Origin: Eledone cirrhosa
Taxonomy: Eukaryota
NCBI GenBank assembly: GCA_964016885.1
Contig: OZ024741.1
Location: 176,452,001-176,516,000 of the forward strand
Direction: 5' to 3'
DNA: 64,000 nucleotides
The notes under the pieces: model-generated
Told to the model about the DNA's origin: nothing
Seen by the model: the letters and a program-made list of their open reading frames with translations, nothing else
Database searches by the model: none
Shown: piece after piece, positions 63,160 through 64,000 of the stretch
Numbering within the stretch: the first letter of the stretch is position 1
How the letters are laid out: each line of letters starts with the position of its first letter
Translations under genes and position numbers: made by a program

Positions 63160-64000
63160 GTTATCGTGCTGTGAAGACGTGTTTTTGTGGTGGTTTTTCA
63201 AGTTTTTGCATTGAATTAATCGTTGTATTTTTGTGACAAAGGGGTCATTACTCACCCGTCTTTGCCCTGTGTAAGGGCCACCTCATAATATCTGAGCCTT
63301 TGGGCCCAAATATTTCAACTCTTTTTTAAAAATCGTTTTTCAAAAAATAAAAAAACCAATCAAGGTAGAGACACAACTCTCAACCTTGCGTTTGCTGTCG
63401 TGTGGCAGCGGTGCAGGCATTGAACCTTGTAAAACTGCTTCTAACATAAATTTAGGAAGCAGTGTCGTCAAAGAAGAAACCCATAAAACAGCAACACTAG
63501 CACCAGCCTTCAACAACAAACATACACACAAGCACAGATACAGACACATCATCTCCCTGTAGCGAAGACGAGACAAAAGCTATACCCCCCAAAAAATAAG
63601 GTGCACAAAGACACATCACAAAAATACCCACAACAGAATATGTCGGACCTCACCGACAAAAAAAAACTCAAACACTTCCAACAAAAGCAACACTACCACC
63701 ACAATCCTCCAAACACCAAAAAAAAAAAAACAAGAAACACCAGAACAAAAGAAGACACAAACAACTGAAATTGCAGCCAACACGCCAACGTCACCACTCA
63801 CGCAAGCAAATAAAACCACAAGTAATGCGAAGCACACAAAGCTTCGTGGTTGTAAGAAGAGGCAAGAAGGAATTGGTGGCTCTCATAGCACGAAGACCAG
63901 ATACCGAGAATGTGGGATGGATTTTTGTATGAGCATATTTCGCGTTCCAGAAGATTTGGTTCTGGTACAAATGTCGCTCGACATCAACAAATGAATTAGA
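63160..64000 (+). mobile_element. Tx1-like LINE 5' portion with internally deleted ORF1 (runs off the window)
   Basis: 5'UTR motif CTCATAATATCTGAGCCTTTGGGCCCAAATATTTCAAC matches 24428-24465. SFVVVRRGKKELVALIAR and SIFRVPEDLVLVQMSL match the ORF1 C-terminus. The knuckle region is absent. Confidence 0.85.

Overview
This is AT-rich, microsatellite-dense animal DNA with no recognisable host gene. The SINE family suggests an octopod cephalopod, but that is an inference from recalled sequence, not a search. The window is almost entirely transposable elements. The dominant structure is a ~24 kb array (19.1-43.4 kb) of non-LTR retrotransposons stacked in (TTA)n tracts with strict polarity. Tx1/L1-clade LINEs (ORF1 zinc knuckle; APE-RT-zf ORF2) and a tRNA-derived SINE lie on +, and R4/Dong-clade LINEs (RT-CCHC-restriction-like endonuclease) lie on -. 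An older cluster with the same LINE polarity occupies 54.5-64 kb. One R4/Dong ORF is intact (1216 aa) and one Tx1 copy is a single T away from intact. Also present are a decayed Helitron, several decayed Penelope-like elements, two minimal type I hammerhead ribozymes, Tc1/mariner and pogo remnants, about 15 SINE copies, and several long inverted or direct repeats. The most notable observations are: (1) the SINE 3' tail resembles the Tx1 3' end, suggesting a SINE-Tx1 partnership; (2) two divergent R4/Dong elements share a 5' module built like a Tx1 5'UTR, suggesting cross-clade promoter capture; (3) a covarying stem-loop in R4 5'UTRs; (4) a conserved splice donor just upstream of Tx1 ORF2; (5) an inverted repeat whose two arms each carry a different SINE variant at the same site. 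All alignments were done by eye.
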